Notes: a model not told the origin generated them from the letters alone. Shown: positions 52,391-64,000, counted from the stretch's first letter. The stretch: 64,000 bases of DNA from Methylobacillus sp. (GCA_018607785.1 JABBAU010000026.1:10749-74748); one strand, 5' to 3'. Translations and numbers: made by a program.

Positions 52391-53273
52391 TTTACTCGAT
52401 GAATGGCAAATTTCTCAAAAATCAAGAATTACAAATTTTCTTAAAAAAAAATTAGATAAAAAAAGCTTATCTAAAACAATTTATGAAGCATCAAACTACG
52501 CACTACTTAATGGTGGTAAAAGATTTAGAGCTTTACTGGTTTATGCGATAGGAGAGATTGATAACATAGATAAAAATCAACTCGATTTTATTGCTGCATC
52601 AATTGAAACTATTCATGCTTATTCTCTTACACATGATGATCTTCCTGATATGGACGATGATTCTCTTAGAAGAGGGCTGCCATCTTGTCACGTAAAATAT
52701 GGTATTGCGCAAGCTATTCTTGCAGGAGATGCTCTTCAATCCCTAGCATTCGAAGTTTTATCCTCTCAGGATTTTAAGATTAAAGACCAACAAAAAATTA
52801 TTTTAATATCACAGTTATCAAAAGCTATTGGTATTGAGGGGATGGCTTTAGGTCAATCTCTAGATATGGAATCATCGAATAAAAAAATTGATGTTAGGTT
52901 GCTTGAAGAAATGCAAAAAAATAAAACAGGCAAACTTATTCACGCCTCATGTGTTATGCCCTATTCAATCTCAAAGTCTTTCAATTTATCTATAGAGAGC
53001 ACAATTTCAAAATTAGCTTTTCAGATTGGGCAGTTATATCAAATTGTTGATGATATTTTGGATAATTCCTCAAGCTCAGAATGCCTAGGTAAAACAAGTG
53101 GAAAAGATCAAAAAGCAAAAAAAGCAACCTATGTTAATATCGTCGGCATTCCAGAATCAAAAAAGATTAAAGATAATCTTTATTCAAATATTAAAAAGCT
53201 AATTGGTAAAATTCCTGGCAATACACAACCACTTATTTATTTAGCTGATAAGATTTATTCCAGAGAATACTAA
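52383..53273 (+). CDS. ispA: Farnesyl diphosphate synthase
   Basis: GGKRFR, HDDLPDMD, QIVDD. Confidence 0.92.
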   Translation: MNNLLDEWQISQKSRITNFLKKKLDKKSLSKTIYEASNYALLNGGKRFRALLVYAIGEIDNIDKNQLDFIAASIETIHAYSLTHDDLPDMDDDSLRRGLPSCHVKYGIAQAILAGDALQSLAFEVLSSQDFKIKDQQKIILISQLSKAIGIEGMALGQSLDMESSNKKIDVRLLEEMQKNKTGKLIHASCVMPYSISKSFNLSIESTISKLAFQIGQLYQIVDDILDNSSSSECLGKTSGKDQKAKKATYVNIVGIPESKKIKDNLYSNIKKLIGKIPGNTQPLIYLADKIYSREY

Positions 53274-53280
53274 ATAAAAA

Positions 53281-55095
53281 ATGTTGATTGACCAAATTAA
53301 AAGTCCCCAAGATTTAAAAAAACTTACTAGAGATGAGCTAAAAACTCTGGCTAATCAAATTCGCGAGTTTCTTATTGACAGTGTATTTGAGACAGGCGGT
53401 CACCTTTCATCCAATTTGGGTGCGATAGAGCTTACACTTGCTATTCATTATGTCTTTGATGCACCTAAAGATAAAATAGTTTGGGATGTTGGGCATCAAA
53501 CCTATACCCATAAAATCATCACAGGTAGAAAAAACATGATGAGTTCACTTCGAAAAAAAGGTGGTCTATCAGGTTTCCCAAATGTACAAGAAAGTATTTA
53601 TGACAATTTTGGAACCGGTCACTCTAGCACTTCAATTTCAGCAGCCTTTGGTATGAGTGAGGCATTTAGAATCAGTAAATCATCGAATAAAGCAATAGCA
53701 GTTATTGGGGATGGAGGCATGACTGGTGGGATGGCTTTTGAGGGACTGAACAATGCTGGTGCATCAGAGAACGACTTTCTCGTAATTCTTAATGATAACG
53801 ATATGTCAATTTCAAAAAATGTAGGGGCACTTAATAATTATCTTTCAAAACTTTTATCTGGCAAAATTTACGGAAGCGTAAAAAAATCAGGTAAAGCAGT
53901 TTTTTCATCACTTCCACCTGTCCTTGAGCTAGCAAGAAAGACTGAAGAACATGTTAAGGGCATGGTAATACCTGGTACCTTATTTGAAGAATTTGGATTT
54001 AATTATATAGGGCCAATCGATGGGCATGATATAGATATATTGATTGACACACTTTCAAATATAAAGTCACTAAGTGGTCCACAATTCCTTCATATAGCGA
54101 CAAAAAAAGGATTTGGATATACCCCAGCTGAATCTGATCCGAATAAGTTTCACGGAATAAGTAAAAAAACAACCGCCATTAAGAAGATTACTTATACAGA
54201 GGTATTTTCAGAGTGGTTATTAGATGCTGGGAAGAAAAATAAACAATTATGTGCAATTACACCAGCGATGGCTGATGGGTCAGGCTTAACAAAATTTGCA
54301 AAAAAATATCCGAAAAGATTTTTTGATGTTGGAATTGCTGAGCAACATGCACTTACATTTGCTGCAGGTCTATCATCAAATAAAATTAAACCTGTAGTTG
54401 CGATTTATTCTTCTTTTCTTCAGCGTGGCTACGATCAATTTATACACGATATTGCTCTTCAAAATATACCTATGTTATTCGCTATTGATCGAGCAGGAAT
54501 TGTTGGGGCAGATGGCCCAACTCATTCAGGAAACTTTGATATATCTTTTTTAAGATGTATTCCAAATATTGTATTTATGGCCCCAAGCAACGAATCTGAA
54601 TGTTATTCAATGCTTGAGTTTGGATATAACTATAATGGCGTTTGTGCTGTCAGATACCCACGTGGAAACGGTCTGGGGACAGCAATCAATAAACATTTAG
54701 ATGATATTAAATTAGGTAAAAGCAAGACACTTATTTCAGGAAAAAAAATAGCTATCCTTGCCTTTGGTCCTGTGCTAAATAATTGTATTGATATTGCAAA
54801 TGATTTAAATGCAACACTCGTTGATATGAGATTTATCAAACCTATTGATGAATCAATAATTAAACAATTATCTAAAACACACGATCTTATCGTTACAGTG
54901 GAAGATAATACGATTTGTGGTGGAGCCGGCTCAGCTGTTCTTGAGATTCTTAGTAAAAATAAGATAGTAATGCCAACTTTAATTCTGGGTATACCCGATA
55001 AATTTGTGGATCATGGATCACAAGAAGAAATATATAAACAATGTGGTTTAGATAAAAATAGTATTTTTAATAAAATTGTTAAGAGCTTGAAGTAG
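53281..55095 (+). CDS. dxs: 1-deoxy-D-xylulose-5-phosphate synthase
   Basis: WDVGHQ, GDG...NDN, IAEQH, RYPRG. Confidence 0.96.
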   Translation: MLIDQIKSPQDLKKLTRDELKTLANQIREFLIDSVFETGGHLSSNLGAIELTLAIHYVFDAPKDKIVWDVGHQTYTHKIITGRKNMMSSLRKKGGLSGFPNVQESIYDNFGTGHSSTSISAAFGMSEAFRISKSSNKAIAVIGDGGMTGGMAFEGLNNAGASENDFLVILNDNDMSISKNVGALNNYLSKLLSGKIYGSVKKSGKAVFSSLPPVLELARKTEEHVKGMVIPGTLFEEFGFNYIGPIDGHDIDILIDTLSNIKSLSGPQFLHIATKKGFGYTPAESDPNKFHGISKKTTAIKKITYTEVFSEWLLDAGKKNKQLCAITPAMADGSGLTKFAKKYPKRFFDVGIAEQHALTFAAGLSSNKIKPVVAIYSSFLQRGYDQFIHDIALQNIPMLFAIDRAGIVGADGPTHSGNFDISFLRCIPNIVFMAPSNESECYSMLEFGYNYNGVCAVRYPRGNGLGTAINKHLDDIKLGKSKTLISGKKIAILAFGPVLNNCIDIANDLNATLVDMRFIKPIDESIIKQLSKTHDLIVTVEDNTICGGAGSAVLEILSKNKIVMPTLILGIPDKFVDHGSQEEIYKQCGLDKNSIFNKIVKSLK

Positions 55096-55132
55096 TGCTA
55101 ACATGGAGTTTTTTAAAGAATTTACTTGATTC

Positions 55133-55924
55133 ATGAATAGACCAACTACACCAGAACTAATCGAAGACGTTCAAAATATAGCTGATAAAAGACACCTTGA
55201 TATTGATCAGGTAGGAATTAAATCTATAAAACACCCTATTGTTGTTAAGGATAAATCTAGCGGTTCACAGCATACAATTGCTAATTTTGATATGTACGTG
55301 CAACTCCCCCACAATTTCAAAGGGACGCACATGTCGCGTTTTGTAGAAATACTTAATGAAAATGAAAAAGAGATATCTGTAGAGTCATTTGAAAGTATCC
55401 TAAGAGCAATGTTAGTTAGATTAGAATCAAAATCATGTAATCTTTATATGAGCTTTCCATATTTTATAAATAAATCGGCACCTGTTTCAAAAGTTGAGAG
55501 TCTTTTAGACTATGAAGTAACTTTTATTGGAGAAATAAGTGAGGGCAAATATAAGAATTCTACAAAAGTTGTTGTCCCTGTAACAAGTCTATGCCCATGC
55601 TCAAAAAGTATTTCAGAGTACGGTGCTCATAACCAAAGATCTCATGTAACTGTAACCATCCAGGCTAATGAATTTGTTTGGATAGAAGAAATTATAGAAA
55701 TTGTTGAAAAACAAGCATCGTGCGAATTATATGGCCTTCTTAAAAGACCAGATGAAAAGTTTGTTACAGAAAAAGCTTATGACAATCCGAAATTTGTTGA
55801 AGATATGGTTCGTGATATTGCGACCGACCTAAAAAATGATAAAAGGATTAAGTCATTTGTTGTTGAGTCCGAAAATTTTGAGTCAATTCATAACCATTCA
55901 GCGTACGCGCTTATTAAAAGTTAG
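55133..55924 (+). CDS. folE2: GTP cyclohydrolase IB
   Basis: [25 protein letters not shown]. Confidence 0.93.
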   Translation: MNRPTTPELIEDVQNIADKRHLDIDQVGIKSIKHPIVVKDKSSGSQHTIANFDMYVQLPHNFKGTHMSRFVEILNENEKEISVESFESILRAMLVRLESKSCNLYMSFPYFINKSAPVSKVESLLDYEVTFIGEISEGKYKNSTKVVVPVTSLCPCSKSISEYGAHNQRSHVTVTIQANEFVWIEEIIEIVEKQASCELYGLLKRPDEKFVTEKAYDNPKFVEDMVRDIATDLKNDKRIKSFVVESENFESIHNHSAYALIKS

Positions 55925-55929
55925 CATAT

Positions 55930-57093
55930 TTATTTTAAATCAGCCTTAAATTTAGTTTTTAATCCCAAGATAAGCACCATGAACCCCAAAAATGGAAGGA
56001 TTGCTGAAAGCATAAAAGTATTCGCCATACCACTGTATTCAATCATATAACCACCTCCTAACCCCCCTATCGCACCCCCAACTCCATAGGTGATACTATT
56101 GTACAAAGATTGCCCACGAGCTTGATGCTCATTATAGAAAAAATGTGCAATCAACTGAATTGATGCAACATGAAAGCTTCCAAAAGTTGCTGCATGCATT
56201 ACTTGAGCAATAAAAAGCAGAATCATAGAATCAACGTATGCGCCTATCAAGAAAAACCTGATGACTGCAAAGCCCAAACTTATTAATAAAACCGCTTTCA
56301 AAGTAAATTTATTTAATATCCTTGGCATTAATAAAAAAATTATTATTTCAAATATCACACCCACAGCCCAAAGAAGACCTATAGTTGTTCCTGAATAGCC
56401 TTGTTGCTCAAGAAATATCGAATAAAAGTTATACAGAAGTCCATGGGATGAAACCATCAAGGCACAACTTAAAAGTAATACAACTACCTCTCTTTTTTTT
56501 AATATAGGCCATATAGATCTTTTCTTTTTCGGTAAAAAAATTACTTTTTTTGTTGGGAGGATAAAGGCTAAAAGAAAGATTACTAGTTGGGTCAGCAATA
56601 AAGCGTATATCAACGACTTTTCTCCAATAGAATCAATCATAATGCCTAATAAAATAGCTGCTACAATAAACCCAATAGACCCCCATAATCTAATATGGCT
56701 GTACTTTGAATCAGCCTTATTTGCTTTCAAATGAGCCAAAGTAAGTGATTCAGCAAGTGGTAATGTTGAGCTAGTAAATATGCTCATTGCCATCATAATT
56801 AAAAAAATACTTAAGAAGGAATTTGCCCAAAAGATACCTATAAAAAGAATAAAGCCAAAAAAAGAGGATATCTTTATCCACTTTATATATTCACCCGAGC
56901 GATCGGCAATCCATCCCAAAAAATTTGGAGCAAAAATTCTACTAATCTGAAACAAAGAAAGTAAGGCACCAATCTGTAATGCACTAAATGATAAAGAAGT
57001 CAGGTAAATGCCCCAATAGGGGACAAAAAGACCTACAAAAAAATAATAAGAAAAGTAAAAACTTGAAAGGCGACTATAAAAGAATGAGGTCAA
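55930..57093 (-). CDS. MFS transporter (HcaT/nucleoside symporter-like)
   Basis: About 12 TM segments, RLWGSIGF. Confidence 0.82.
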   Translation of the reverse strand: MTSFFYSRLSSFYFSYYFFVGLFVPYWGIYLTSLSFSALQIGALLSLFQISRIFAPNFLGWIADRSGEYIKWIKISSFFGFILFIGIFWANSFLSIFLIMMAMSIFTSSTLPLAESLTLAHLKANKADSKYSHIRLWGSIGFIVAAILLGIMIDSIGEKSLIYALLLTQLVIFLLAFILPTKKVIFLPKKKRSIWPILKKREVVVLLLSCALMVSSHGLLYNFYSIFLEQQGYSGTTIGLLWAVGVIFEIIIFLLMPRILNKFTLKAVLLISLGFAVIRFFLIGAYVDSMILLFIAQVMHAATFGSFHVASIQLIAHFFYNEHQARGQSLYNSITYGVGGAIGGLGGGYMIEYSGMANTFMLSAILPFLGFMVLILGLKTKFKADLK

Positions 57094-58178
57094 ACTGAAA
57101 AAGGATTTTTTCTTACCACGTCTGCATTTTGTGCTCTATCTCTTAAAACATGATCTATTAGAACTAGGGCGAGCATTGCCTCCACGATCGGAACAGCTCT
57201 AATTGCAACGCATGGGTCATGTCGTCCAGTGGTTTTCATATCAACCTCTTTACCGTCGGTATCAATAGAGTTTCTATCTTGCGGGATACTGGACGTAGGT
57301 TTAAAAGCAACATTTACCTCTATATCTTGACCTGTCGAAATACCTCCCAAAACACCACCAGCATTATTTGACTTAAAACCCTTAGCACTCATTTCATCGC
57401 TATGCTCGGTTCCTTTTTGCTCAACACTACTAAAACCTGAACCAATCTCAACACCTTTTGTTGCATTTATACTCATCATTGCAGCTGCAATATCTGCATC
57501 AAGCCTTGAAAAAACCGGTTCACCTAAACCTATTGGCATTTTTTTTGCGCATACAAAAATATTTGCTCCAACCGAATTTTTTTCAGCTCTTATATCATTT
57601 AAATAATTTTCAAGCTCATTAATAATTGATTTACTAGGAGAAAAAAATGGATTTTTATTTACAATTTCCCAACTTTCAAATGGAATAGAAATTTTGCCTA
57701 ATTGTTTAAGATGCCCCATGACTTCAATGCCTTGATGCTCCTTCAACCATTTTTTAGCAATGGCTCCTGCAGCGACCCTGACTGCAGTTTCTCTAGCACT
57801 TGATCTCCCACCACCTTTATAATCTCTAATGCCGTACTTACTTAGATAGGTGATATCAGCATGCCCAGGTCGAAAAACCTCTTTTATTTTGGAATAGTCC
57901 TGACTTCTCTGATCTTTATTCCTAATGATAAATCCGATAGGCGCTCCAGTGGTAACTCCCTCAAATACTCCAGATAATATTTCAATTGAGTCATCTTCTT
58001 TCCTCTGTGTTACAAATTTAGAAGTACCTGGCTTTCTTCTATCAAGGTCAATTTGTATATCTGACTCATTGAGCTCCATTCCGGGTGGACAACCATCAAC
58101 AACGCCGCCAATGGCAGGGCCATGAGACTCGCCAAATGAAGTTAATGTAAAAGCTTTTCCGAATGAATTTCCAGCCAT
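57090..58178 (-). CDS. aroC: Chorismate synthase
   Basis: GESHG, RPGHAD, RSSARET, GRHDPC. Confidence 0.96.
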   Translation of the reverse strand: MAGNSFGKAFTLTSFGESHGPAIGGVVDGCPPGMELNESDIQIDLDRRKPGTSKFVTQRKEDDSIEILSGVFEGVTTGAPIGFIIRNKDQRSQDYSKIKEVFRPGHADITYLSKYGIRDYKGGGRSSARETAVRVAAGAIAKKWLKEHQGIEVMGHLKQLGKISIPFESWEIVNKNPFFSPSKSIINELENYLNDIRAEKNSVGANIFVCAKKMPIGLGEPVFSRLDADIAAAMMSINATKGVEIGSGFSSVEQKGTEHSDEMSAKGFKSNNAGGVLGGISTGQDIEVNVAFKPTSSIPQDRNSIDTDGKEVDMKTTGRHDPCVAIRAVPIVEAMLALVLIDHVLRDRAQNADVVRKNPFSV

Positions 58179-58209
58179 AAAACAAACTTTTTTAAAAAAG
58201 ATTAAACTG

Positions 58210-58218
58210 ATTATAACA
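58210..58218 (-). promoter_or_regulatory. Extended -10 promoter for aroC
   Basis: TGtTATAAT on the minus strand, about 30 nt upstream of the ATG. Confidence 0.55.
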
Positions 58219-58237
58219 TTGCATCGTAATTGAAAAG

Positions 58238-58771
58238 TTACATTTTAATAACAGAATATTCACCAGGCTTTAATTTACTAATATTAAATTCACCAATTTG
58301 GGTTCTTATTAAACGAAGTGTAGGATGAGAAATACTGGCTGTCATTCTCCTAATCTGCCTATTTTTACCCTCTGAGATCTTAATTTCTAGCCATGATGTT
58401 GGGATTAATTTTCTTTCTCTTATGGGTGGATTCCTCGGCCAGATATCAGGTTCATCAATTCTTTTTATTAAGGCTGGTTTGGTCCTCACACCTTTTATTA
58501 AAACACCTTCCCTTAACTTATCTAATGCAGAGTTATTGGGAATATTTTCAACCTGCGTTATATAAGTTTTTAAAATATTGTTCTTTGGGCTCGATATTTT
58601 ATTTTGAAAAACTCCATTGTCAGTTAAAATAAGGAGTCCTTCGCTATCAGTATCTAATCGACCTGCAGGATAAACATTTTTATGGGGTATGAAGTCCTTT
58701 AGAGTTTGATGCTTTTCATGTTTTGAAAATTGGCTGATAACACCATAAGGTTTGTTAAATAAAATAAGCAT
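58238..58771 (-). CDS. rluE: rRNA pseudouridine synthase E
   Basis: [21 protein letters not shown]; no S4 domain; divergent from icd. Confidence 0.85.
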   Translation of the reverse strand: MLILFNKPYGVISQFSKHEKHQTLKDFIPHKNVYPAGRLDTDSEGLLILTDNGVFQNKISSPKNNILKTYITQVENIPNNSALDKLREGVLIKGVRTKPALIKRIDEPDIWPRNPPIRERKLIPTSWLEIKISEGKNRQIRRMTASISHPTLRLIRTQIGEFNISKLKPGEYSVIKM

Positions 58772-58798
58772 AAAATTTAAAAAGATTTAAGGGAAAAA

Positions 58799-60061
58799 AT
58801 GGAAAGCAAAATTGTTGTTCCTCAAGATGGAAATAAAATAGGTTTTAATTCTAACCTGAAATTAGATGTTCCAAACAATCCAATTATTCCTTTTATATGT
58901 GGAGATGGTATTGGAAGTGATATCACACCAGCCATGCAAGCAGTAGTAGATAAAGCTATTTCAAAGGCATATGGTAATAATAAGAAAATTGCTTGGATGG
59001 AGGTATTTGCAGGGGAGAAAGCTACCACTATTTATGGTGAAGGGGTATGGCTCCCTGATGAAACAATCGATGCATTAAAATCATATGTTGTTTCTATCAA
59101 AGGGCCCTTAGCAACACCCGTTGGTGGAGGAATTAGATCATTAAATGTTGCGCTCAGACAATCACTCGACCTATATGTTTGCTTAAGACCAATAAGATAT
59201 TATCAAGGCGTACCAAGCCCAGTAAAAAATCCACAAAATGTAAATATGGTAATTTTTAGAGAAAATACTGAGGATATTTATGCTGGCATTGAATACGCAT
59301 CAGAATCAGATAAATCAAAAGAAATAATAGAAATACTTAGTAAATTTGGTGATAAAGACAAAATACGATTTCCTGAATCAGCTGCTATTGGAATTAAGCC
59401 TGTTTCAAAAGAAGGAAGTCAGAGACTTATTCGTAAAGCTATTGAATACGCAATCAATAACAATCGAAAGTCAGTCACACTTGTTCATAAAGGCAATATC
59501 ATGAAATTTACTGAGGGCGGATTTAAAGAATGGGGTTATGAGGTAGCAAAAAATGAATTTAATGCAAAGAAAAATACGCTAGGATTTTATGAAATACCTA
59601 CCGATAAAAAAATTGATGCAATCAATAAAAAAATTGTGATTAAAGATATGATTACAGATGCATTTTTACAAGAGGTTTTACTTAATCCCAAAGATCATGA
59701 TGTAGTAGCCACATTAAATCTTAATGGAGATTATGCCTCTGACGCACTAGCTGCTCAGGTGGGAGGTATAGGTATTTCCCCAGGCGCAAATATGTCTGAC
59801 ACCGCCAGTATATTTGAGGCAACCCACGGAACCGCACCAAATATAGCAGGGAAAAATTTAGCCAACCCCAGCTCGTTAATACTCTCAGCACAGATGATGC
59901 TTGAGTATATGGGATGGACAGAAGCCTCCTACGTCATTTCAGGGGCTTTCGAAAAAACCTTGAAAGAAAATAAATTTACTACAGATTTAGCATCCCAAAT
60001 ATCGGGCTGCCAATCTTTATCAACCTCTGATTTCGCTACAGAGATTATTTCTAATATGTAA
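58799..60061 (+). CDS. icd: Isocitrate dehydrogenase (homodimeric type I)
   Basis: [34 protein letters not shown]. Confidence 0.95.
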   Translation: MESKIVVPQDGNKIGFNSNLKLDVPNNPIIPFICGDGIGSDITPAMQAVVDKAISKAYGNNKKIAWMEVFAGEKATTIYGEGVWLPDETIDALKSYVVSIKGPLATPVGGGIRSLNVALRQSLDLYVCLRPIRYYQGVPSPVKNPQNVNMVIFRENTEDIYAGIEYASESDKSKEIIEILSKFGDKDKIRFPESAAIGIKPVSKEGSQRLIRKAIEYAINNNRKSVTLVHKGNIMKFTEGGFKEWGYEVAKNEFNAKKNTLGFYEIPTDKKIDAINKKIVIKDMITDAFLQEVLLNPKDHDVVATLNLNGDYASDALAAQVGGIGISPGANMSDTASIFEATHGTAPNIAGKNLANPSSLILSAQMMLEYMGWTEASYVISGAFEKTLKENKFTTDLASQISGCQSLSTSDFATEIISNM

Positions 60062-60084
60062 AAAAAGGTTCCGAAGAACCCTTT
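60060..60084 (-). terminator. Intrinsic terminator between icd and the cold-shock gene
   Basis: Minus strand GGTTC-TTCG-GAACC (cUUCGg tetraloop) plus T run. Confidence 0.8.
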
Positions 60085-60089
60085 GTTTA

Positions 60090-60296
60090 CTAGTCAGCTT
60101 TTTGGATATTTGAAGCTTGCTTACCCTTTGGACCTTCAGTTACCTCAAAAGTCACACGAGCACCTTCTTTCAAACTTTTGTAACCTTCTTCAACGATTGC
60201 TGAAAAGTGAGCAAATAAATCATCACCACCATCATCTGGAGTGATAAAACCAAAACCTTTTGAATCATTAAACCATTTTACTGTTCCTGTTGCCAT
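60090..60296 (-). CDS. Cold-shock domain protein (CspA/CspD family)
   Basis: GTVKWFN, KGFGFI (RNP1), LFAHFS (RNP2). Confidence 0.95.
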   Translation of the reverse strand: MATGTVKWFNDSKGFGFITPDDGGDDLFAHFSAIVEEGYKSLKEGARVTFEVTEGPKGKQASNIQKAD

Positions 60297-60412
60297 TACG
60301 ATACATCCTTTACAAATTTGGGAGGCCCCTAAAGAATCGCTTACTGTATATGTTGTTTGTAGATTGTGAACCTAAAGAACGACTGATACTAATAAACCAA
60401 ACACCTGAACCG

Positions 60413-60442
60413 AATTTAACTCCTGTGAAAGATAAAAGTCAA
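60413..60442 (-). promoter_or_regulatory. Candidate sigma70 promoter for the cold-shock gene
   Basis: TTGACT-18 nt-TAAATT on the minus strand. Confidence 0.5.
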
Positions 60443-60461
60443 GCCATTTTACAAAAAAAAA

Positions 60462-61160
60462 TTACTTTATAAATTTTGCAATTTCTTCATAAGGTAATGC
60501 TCCTTCTATCCTTTTGCCATCAGCCATAATAATAGTTGGGGTCGATGAAATGCCTAATTTTCTTGCTAGCTCTAGATTTGCTTCAACCGGTGTATTACAA
60601 CTACCATCATTTTCTGGCAGAGAATTTTTGATCATATAATTGCTCCAGGCATCTACTTTATTTTTTGCACACCATATTTTTTTTGATTTTTCTTTTGCAT
60701 CTGGATGAATCGCTAATGGATATAGAAAAGTATAAATTGTTATATCTGTTAATTTAGTAATTGTCTCTTTTTCCAGCTTCCTACAAAAGGGGCAGTCTAC
60801 ATCAGAAAAAACAGCAATGCGTCTGCTACCATCTCCTCTTACTTCTTTAATTGCATTTTTAAAAGGCAAACTATTAAAATCTACTTTATTTAATTCTTCT
60901 AGCCTCGCTGTGGTTAGATCAACTTTAGTTTTTGGATCAACTACCCTTCCCTCCACAATCAGGAAACTAAAGCTCTCATCGCTATAAATTATTTGGCCTC
61001 CAATATAAATTTCATAAAGGTCGTTATATTGAGTTTTTTGAATACTTTTAATTGTTAGCTCTGGATAAGTTTTTTCAATAATTTCTCTCAATTCCTTTTC
61101 TCCCGCCTCGGTTGAAAAGTTAATAAAAATTAGAAGAATTATTAATGATATTTTAATCAT
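60462..61160 (-). CDS. dsbC: Thiol:disulfide isomerase
   Basis: Signal peptide, dimerisation domain, CPFC, TPT. Confidence 0.88.
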   Translation of the reverse strand: MIKISLIILLIFINFSTEAGEKELREIIEKTYPELTIKSIQKTQYNDLYEIYIGGQIIYSDESFSFLIVEGRVVDPKTKVDLTTARLEELNKVDFNSLPFKNAIKEVRGDGSRRIAVFSDVDCPFCRKLEKETITKLTDITIYTFLYPLAIHPDAKEKSKKIWCAKNKVDAWSNYMIKNSLPENDGSCNTPVEANLELARKLGISSTPTIIMADGKRIEGALPYEEIAKFIK

Positions 61161-62296
61161 GCCGTTGCCTTTTTAATAAGCTGTTTTTTTAGAAGTTTTG
61201 ATTTATCTAGCATACTCATCCCTTTCCCAACAATTCTACTCAGAATAGATGATTTGTTTGAAAAAATCCAATTTAGGCCAAGAGTCAAAAATCCCATCTG
61301 AGCCACATCCTCTTTTCTTGCTCTCTCGTATTTTCTTAAAAAACCTTTCAAGCCAATATCTGCATAATCTTTTTTATCTATGATTTTTTCTAGTGTAATT
61401 ATATCTCTGATACCAAGATTTAAACCTTGCCCTGCTAGAGGGTGAATAAAATGAGCTGCATCGCCAACAAGCAAAACTCGATCTTTAAAAAAACTTTCAA
61501 CCCTATTCATAGTTAAAGGAAAAGATTCTATTTTAGATACCACCTTAATATCTTTATAAAAGTCACCGATAGTTAGGTTTAATTCATCTTCAATAGACTT
61601 TTCATCAAAACTATTAATTTTTTTATAAAATTGAGAATTACAAGACCAAACAATTGAAACTAAATCTTTTTTAATAGGTAAAATCGCTAAGATACTTTCC
61701 TTTAAAAAAAATTGCTTGGCCTCATTTTGATTATCAAGTTTTACTTTTAGCTGAAATGTGATGGCGGTTTGATTAAAATCATGCTTTGTCGACTTAATTT
61801 CTATTTTTTCTCGAGCCAATGAATTAACGCCATCACAAGCAATAATAATAGATGATTTATATCGTTCTTTTGATGTCTCTATAATTACCTGATCTTGTTT
61901 ATTTTTTATTACATAATCTTTAGGAATCTCTTCTATCGTTTTTCTCTTTTTAAATGTTTTTTCAATTGCTTCATTAAAATCTTTTTCGTTTGCCATGAAA
62001 GCAATTGCTGGTTTCGCAATGTCGTCACTCTCAAAAGTAACTGAATTACTTAAAGTGCTATCAAAAATCTTCATGCTACTTATGTCATTGAGGGAGTCAA
62101 AAAATTTAGAAGGCAAGCCTAAAGATTTGAGCCAATCTACTGAGGATGGTGTCAATGCAAAGGTTCTATTTTTTAATTTAGAGGTCTTTTCAAATTGATT
62201 TATCGAAAATCCTTTTGATTCAAGCATTAGATGAAGAAGATTACCAACTAATCCACCTCCTATGATGATGATGCTATTTTGAATATCACTCACCAT
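61157..62296 (-). CDS. UbiI/UbiF-family FAD-dependent hydroxylase
   Basis: GGGLVG, CDG, GDAAHFIHPLAGQGLNLG. Confidence 0.85.
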   Translation of the reverse strand: MVSDIQNSIIIIGGGLVGNLLHLMLESKGFSINQFEKTSKLKNRTFALTPSSVDWLKSLGLPSKFFDSLNDISSMKIFDSTLSNSVTFESDDIAKPAIAFMANEKDFNEAIEKTFKKRKTIEEIPKDYVIKNKQDQVIIETSKERYKSSIIIACDGVNSLAREKIEIKSTKHDFNQTAITFQLKVKLDNQNEAKQFFLKESILAILPIKKDLVSIVWSCNSQFYKKINSFDEKSIEDELNLTIGDFYKDIKVVSKIESFPLTMNRVESFFKDRVLLVGDAAHFIHPLAGQGLNLGIRDIITLEKIIDKKDYADIGLKGFLRKYERARKEDVAQMGFLTLGLNWIFSNKSSILSRIVGKGMSMLDKSKLLKKQLIKKATA

Positions 62297-63437
62297 AACT
62301 CAGCTTTCGTACAAAAGAATTTTTAATAGGCTTTGTAATATCCAAAAATGATAGCGCAAATCCCCTAACTTTTTTTAAACCTACTAGATCACTTGAAAAA
62401 CCATTAACAAGTATTTCAGTAAAGTCTAGTATCTTTCTCTGTTCACCTGATCTTGATTTTTTATATCCATCGAGTATTGATTGCAAATCTTTATCGTCAT
62501 TAAATTTTTTAATTGCCTTGTTTAATTTGTATGCATCTTTAAAACCGGTGTTTAGTCCCTGTCCCGCTACAGGGTGCATAGTCTGTGATGCATTACCAAG
62601 AGCCACAATATTTGGATGTAATACTGAAACACTTGAATGTTTTAAGTGGAATGAAATTCTTTTCTCGCACTCTTTGAAATTTCCAACACGATCCCCAAAG
62701 CTTTTATGCAGTTGGATTAAAAAACTTTTTTCATTCAAATTGGCAAGTTTATCTATATGTTCATTTGGGCCAGTCCATACCAATGAAAATTTATTATTTT
62801 TATTTGGCAATAATGCGATCGGGCCCTCATCGGTAAATCTTTCGTAGGCAGTATTTTGATGCGGTAATTCTGTAGACACTTTTGTAACAATTGCAGAATG
62901 ATTAAGAGGTTTTATTTTTTTTTGAAGCTCCAACCCTTCAATTTTATCATTAGCGCCATCTGCCAAAATAACTAAATTGCTTTGAAAAACTTTTGTTTCA
63001 TTTTTATTTTGAAGTGATAAATGAATCAAACTCTTATCATCGAAACATTTTGTTACTTTTGTTTCATAAATAACCTCAACATTATTTAATTTTTCTATTT
63101 TTTCGATGAGAGTTTTCATTAGATCTCCATAAGACACAATGAATCCTAAGGATTTTTCATTAAATTCTTTTGCCTCTAATAAAGTTCTACCAAAAGAATT
63201 TACTTGGCTGGTATGTATTCTATTAATATTAGTAATATTTTTTTTTAATCTCTCCCAAACTCCAATTTCCTCCAAAATTAGTCTGCTACCATTTGAAAGA
63301 GCCAATGCTCGGCTATCTTGGTAAAGAGCATTACATTTTTTAGCCTCAAATATTTGAATTTTATTTTGATTTGAATGGTTTAATATTGCAAATACAAGTC
63401 CAACTGGCCCTCCCCCAATTACAGCACCATCAATCAT
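62286..63437 (-). CDS. ubiH: UbiH-like FAD-dependent hydroxylase
   Basis: GGGPVG, AYERFT, GNASQTMHPVAGQG; follows pepP. Confidence 0.8.
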   Translation of the reverse strand: MIDGAVIGGGPVGLVFAILNHSNQNKIQIFEAKKCNALYQDSRALALSNGSRLILEEIGVWERLKKNITNINRIHTSQVNSFGRTLLEAKEFNEKSLGFIVSYGDLMKTLIEKIEKLNNVEVIYETKVTKCFDDKSLIHLSLQNKNETKVFQSNLVILADGANDKIEGLELQKKIKPLNHSAIVTKVSTELPHQNTAYERFTDEGPIALLPNKNNKFSLVWTGPNEHIDKLANLNEKSFLIQLHKSFGDRVGNFKECEKRISFHLKHSSVSVLHPNIVALGNASQTMHPVAGQGLNTGFKDAYKLNKAIKKFNDDKDLQSILDGYKKSRSGEQRKILDFTEILVNGFSSDLVGLKKVRGFALSFLDITKPIKNSFVRKLSYGE

Positions 63438-64000
63438 TTAATGTTCCAATGATAGCTTCAAGCTCGCCAATCTCCTTTGGTGCATTTTTACTCAAAACAT
63501 CATAGCCATTTGATGTGACTAGGACATCATCCTCTATTCTCACTCCGATACCCCAAAATTCTTTTGGTACTTCATTTGATGGCCTAATATAACAGCCAGG
63601 TTCAATGGTGAGCACGTTACCCTTGCTTAACCTAACAGCCGTTTTTTTCTTGGTATTTGTCATATATTTTCCCACATCATGTACGTCTAAGCCAAGCCAA
63701 TGACTTGTTCTATGCATAAAGAATTTCTTATATAACTCTTTTTCATAAATTTCATCCTTTGAACCCTTTAACAAGTCTAAGTCTATCAATCCATTAACAA
63801 TAATCTTCAATGCTTCCTTGTGTGGGTCGTCAAAAAAATTATCTTCTTTTACTTTTTCAATGGCAGCTTTTTGTGCCAAAAGAACTAATTGATAAATTTC
63901 TTTTTGTGCTGAAGAAAATTTCCCATTAACCGGGTAAGTTCTTGTGATATCTGAAGCATAGCTTTCAAGCTCGCAACCAGCATCTATTAGCAGTAAATCT
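63430..64000 (-). CDS. pepP: Xaa-Pro aminopeptidase (5' truncated by window edge)
   Basis: Frame stays open upstream of the track ORF (IDAGCE..YASDITRT); HWLGLDVHD, EPG, RIEDD. Confidence 0.92.
   Translation of the reverse strand, partial: DLLLIDAGCELESYASDITRTYPVNGKFSSAQKEIYQLVLLAQKAAIEKVKEDNFFDDPHKEALKIIVNGLIDLDLLKGSKDEIYEKELYKKFFMHRTSHWLGLDVHDVGKYMTNTKKKTAVRLSKGNVLTIEPGCYIRPSNEVPKEFWGIGVRIEDDVLVTSNGYDVLSKNAPKEIGELEAIIGTLND

Noticed and set aside
60290..60472. 60-aa + strand ORF between the csp gene and dsbC
   Set aside because: No RBS or motif; antisense to the csp promoter and leader

Overview
AT-rich, very gene-dense 64 kb of core chromosome from a streamlined betaproteobacterium. Gene order and an MxaD-like gene suggest Methylophilaceae (OM43/Methylopumilus-like); this is an inference from recalled synteny, not a database match. 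About 65 CDS, mostly housekeeping (dapD/E, trpS-scpAB-rluB, purL, sucCD, nadE-glnB, lol-exbBD-msbA-lpxK-kdsB, rib, ilv, dxs, aroC, icd, ubi). I saw no rRNA, tRNA, CRISPR array, integrase or transposase. Best candidates for new biology: (1) a putative muropeptide import/recycling operon (peptide-binding lipoprotein, ElsL/LdtK-like YkuD enzyme, two permeases, nagZ; no ATPase); (2) an unannotated 43-aa histone-H1-like protein with an amphipathic N-terminus and its own RBS and terminator; (3) a promoter-terminator element before ruvX-pyrB (sRNA or attenuator); (4) a shortened MxaD homolog next to a YVTN propeller; (5) Fur-boxed, apparently leaderless feoAB; (6) local absence of comEC and pilTU from their usual sites.
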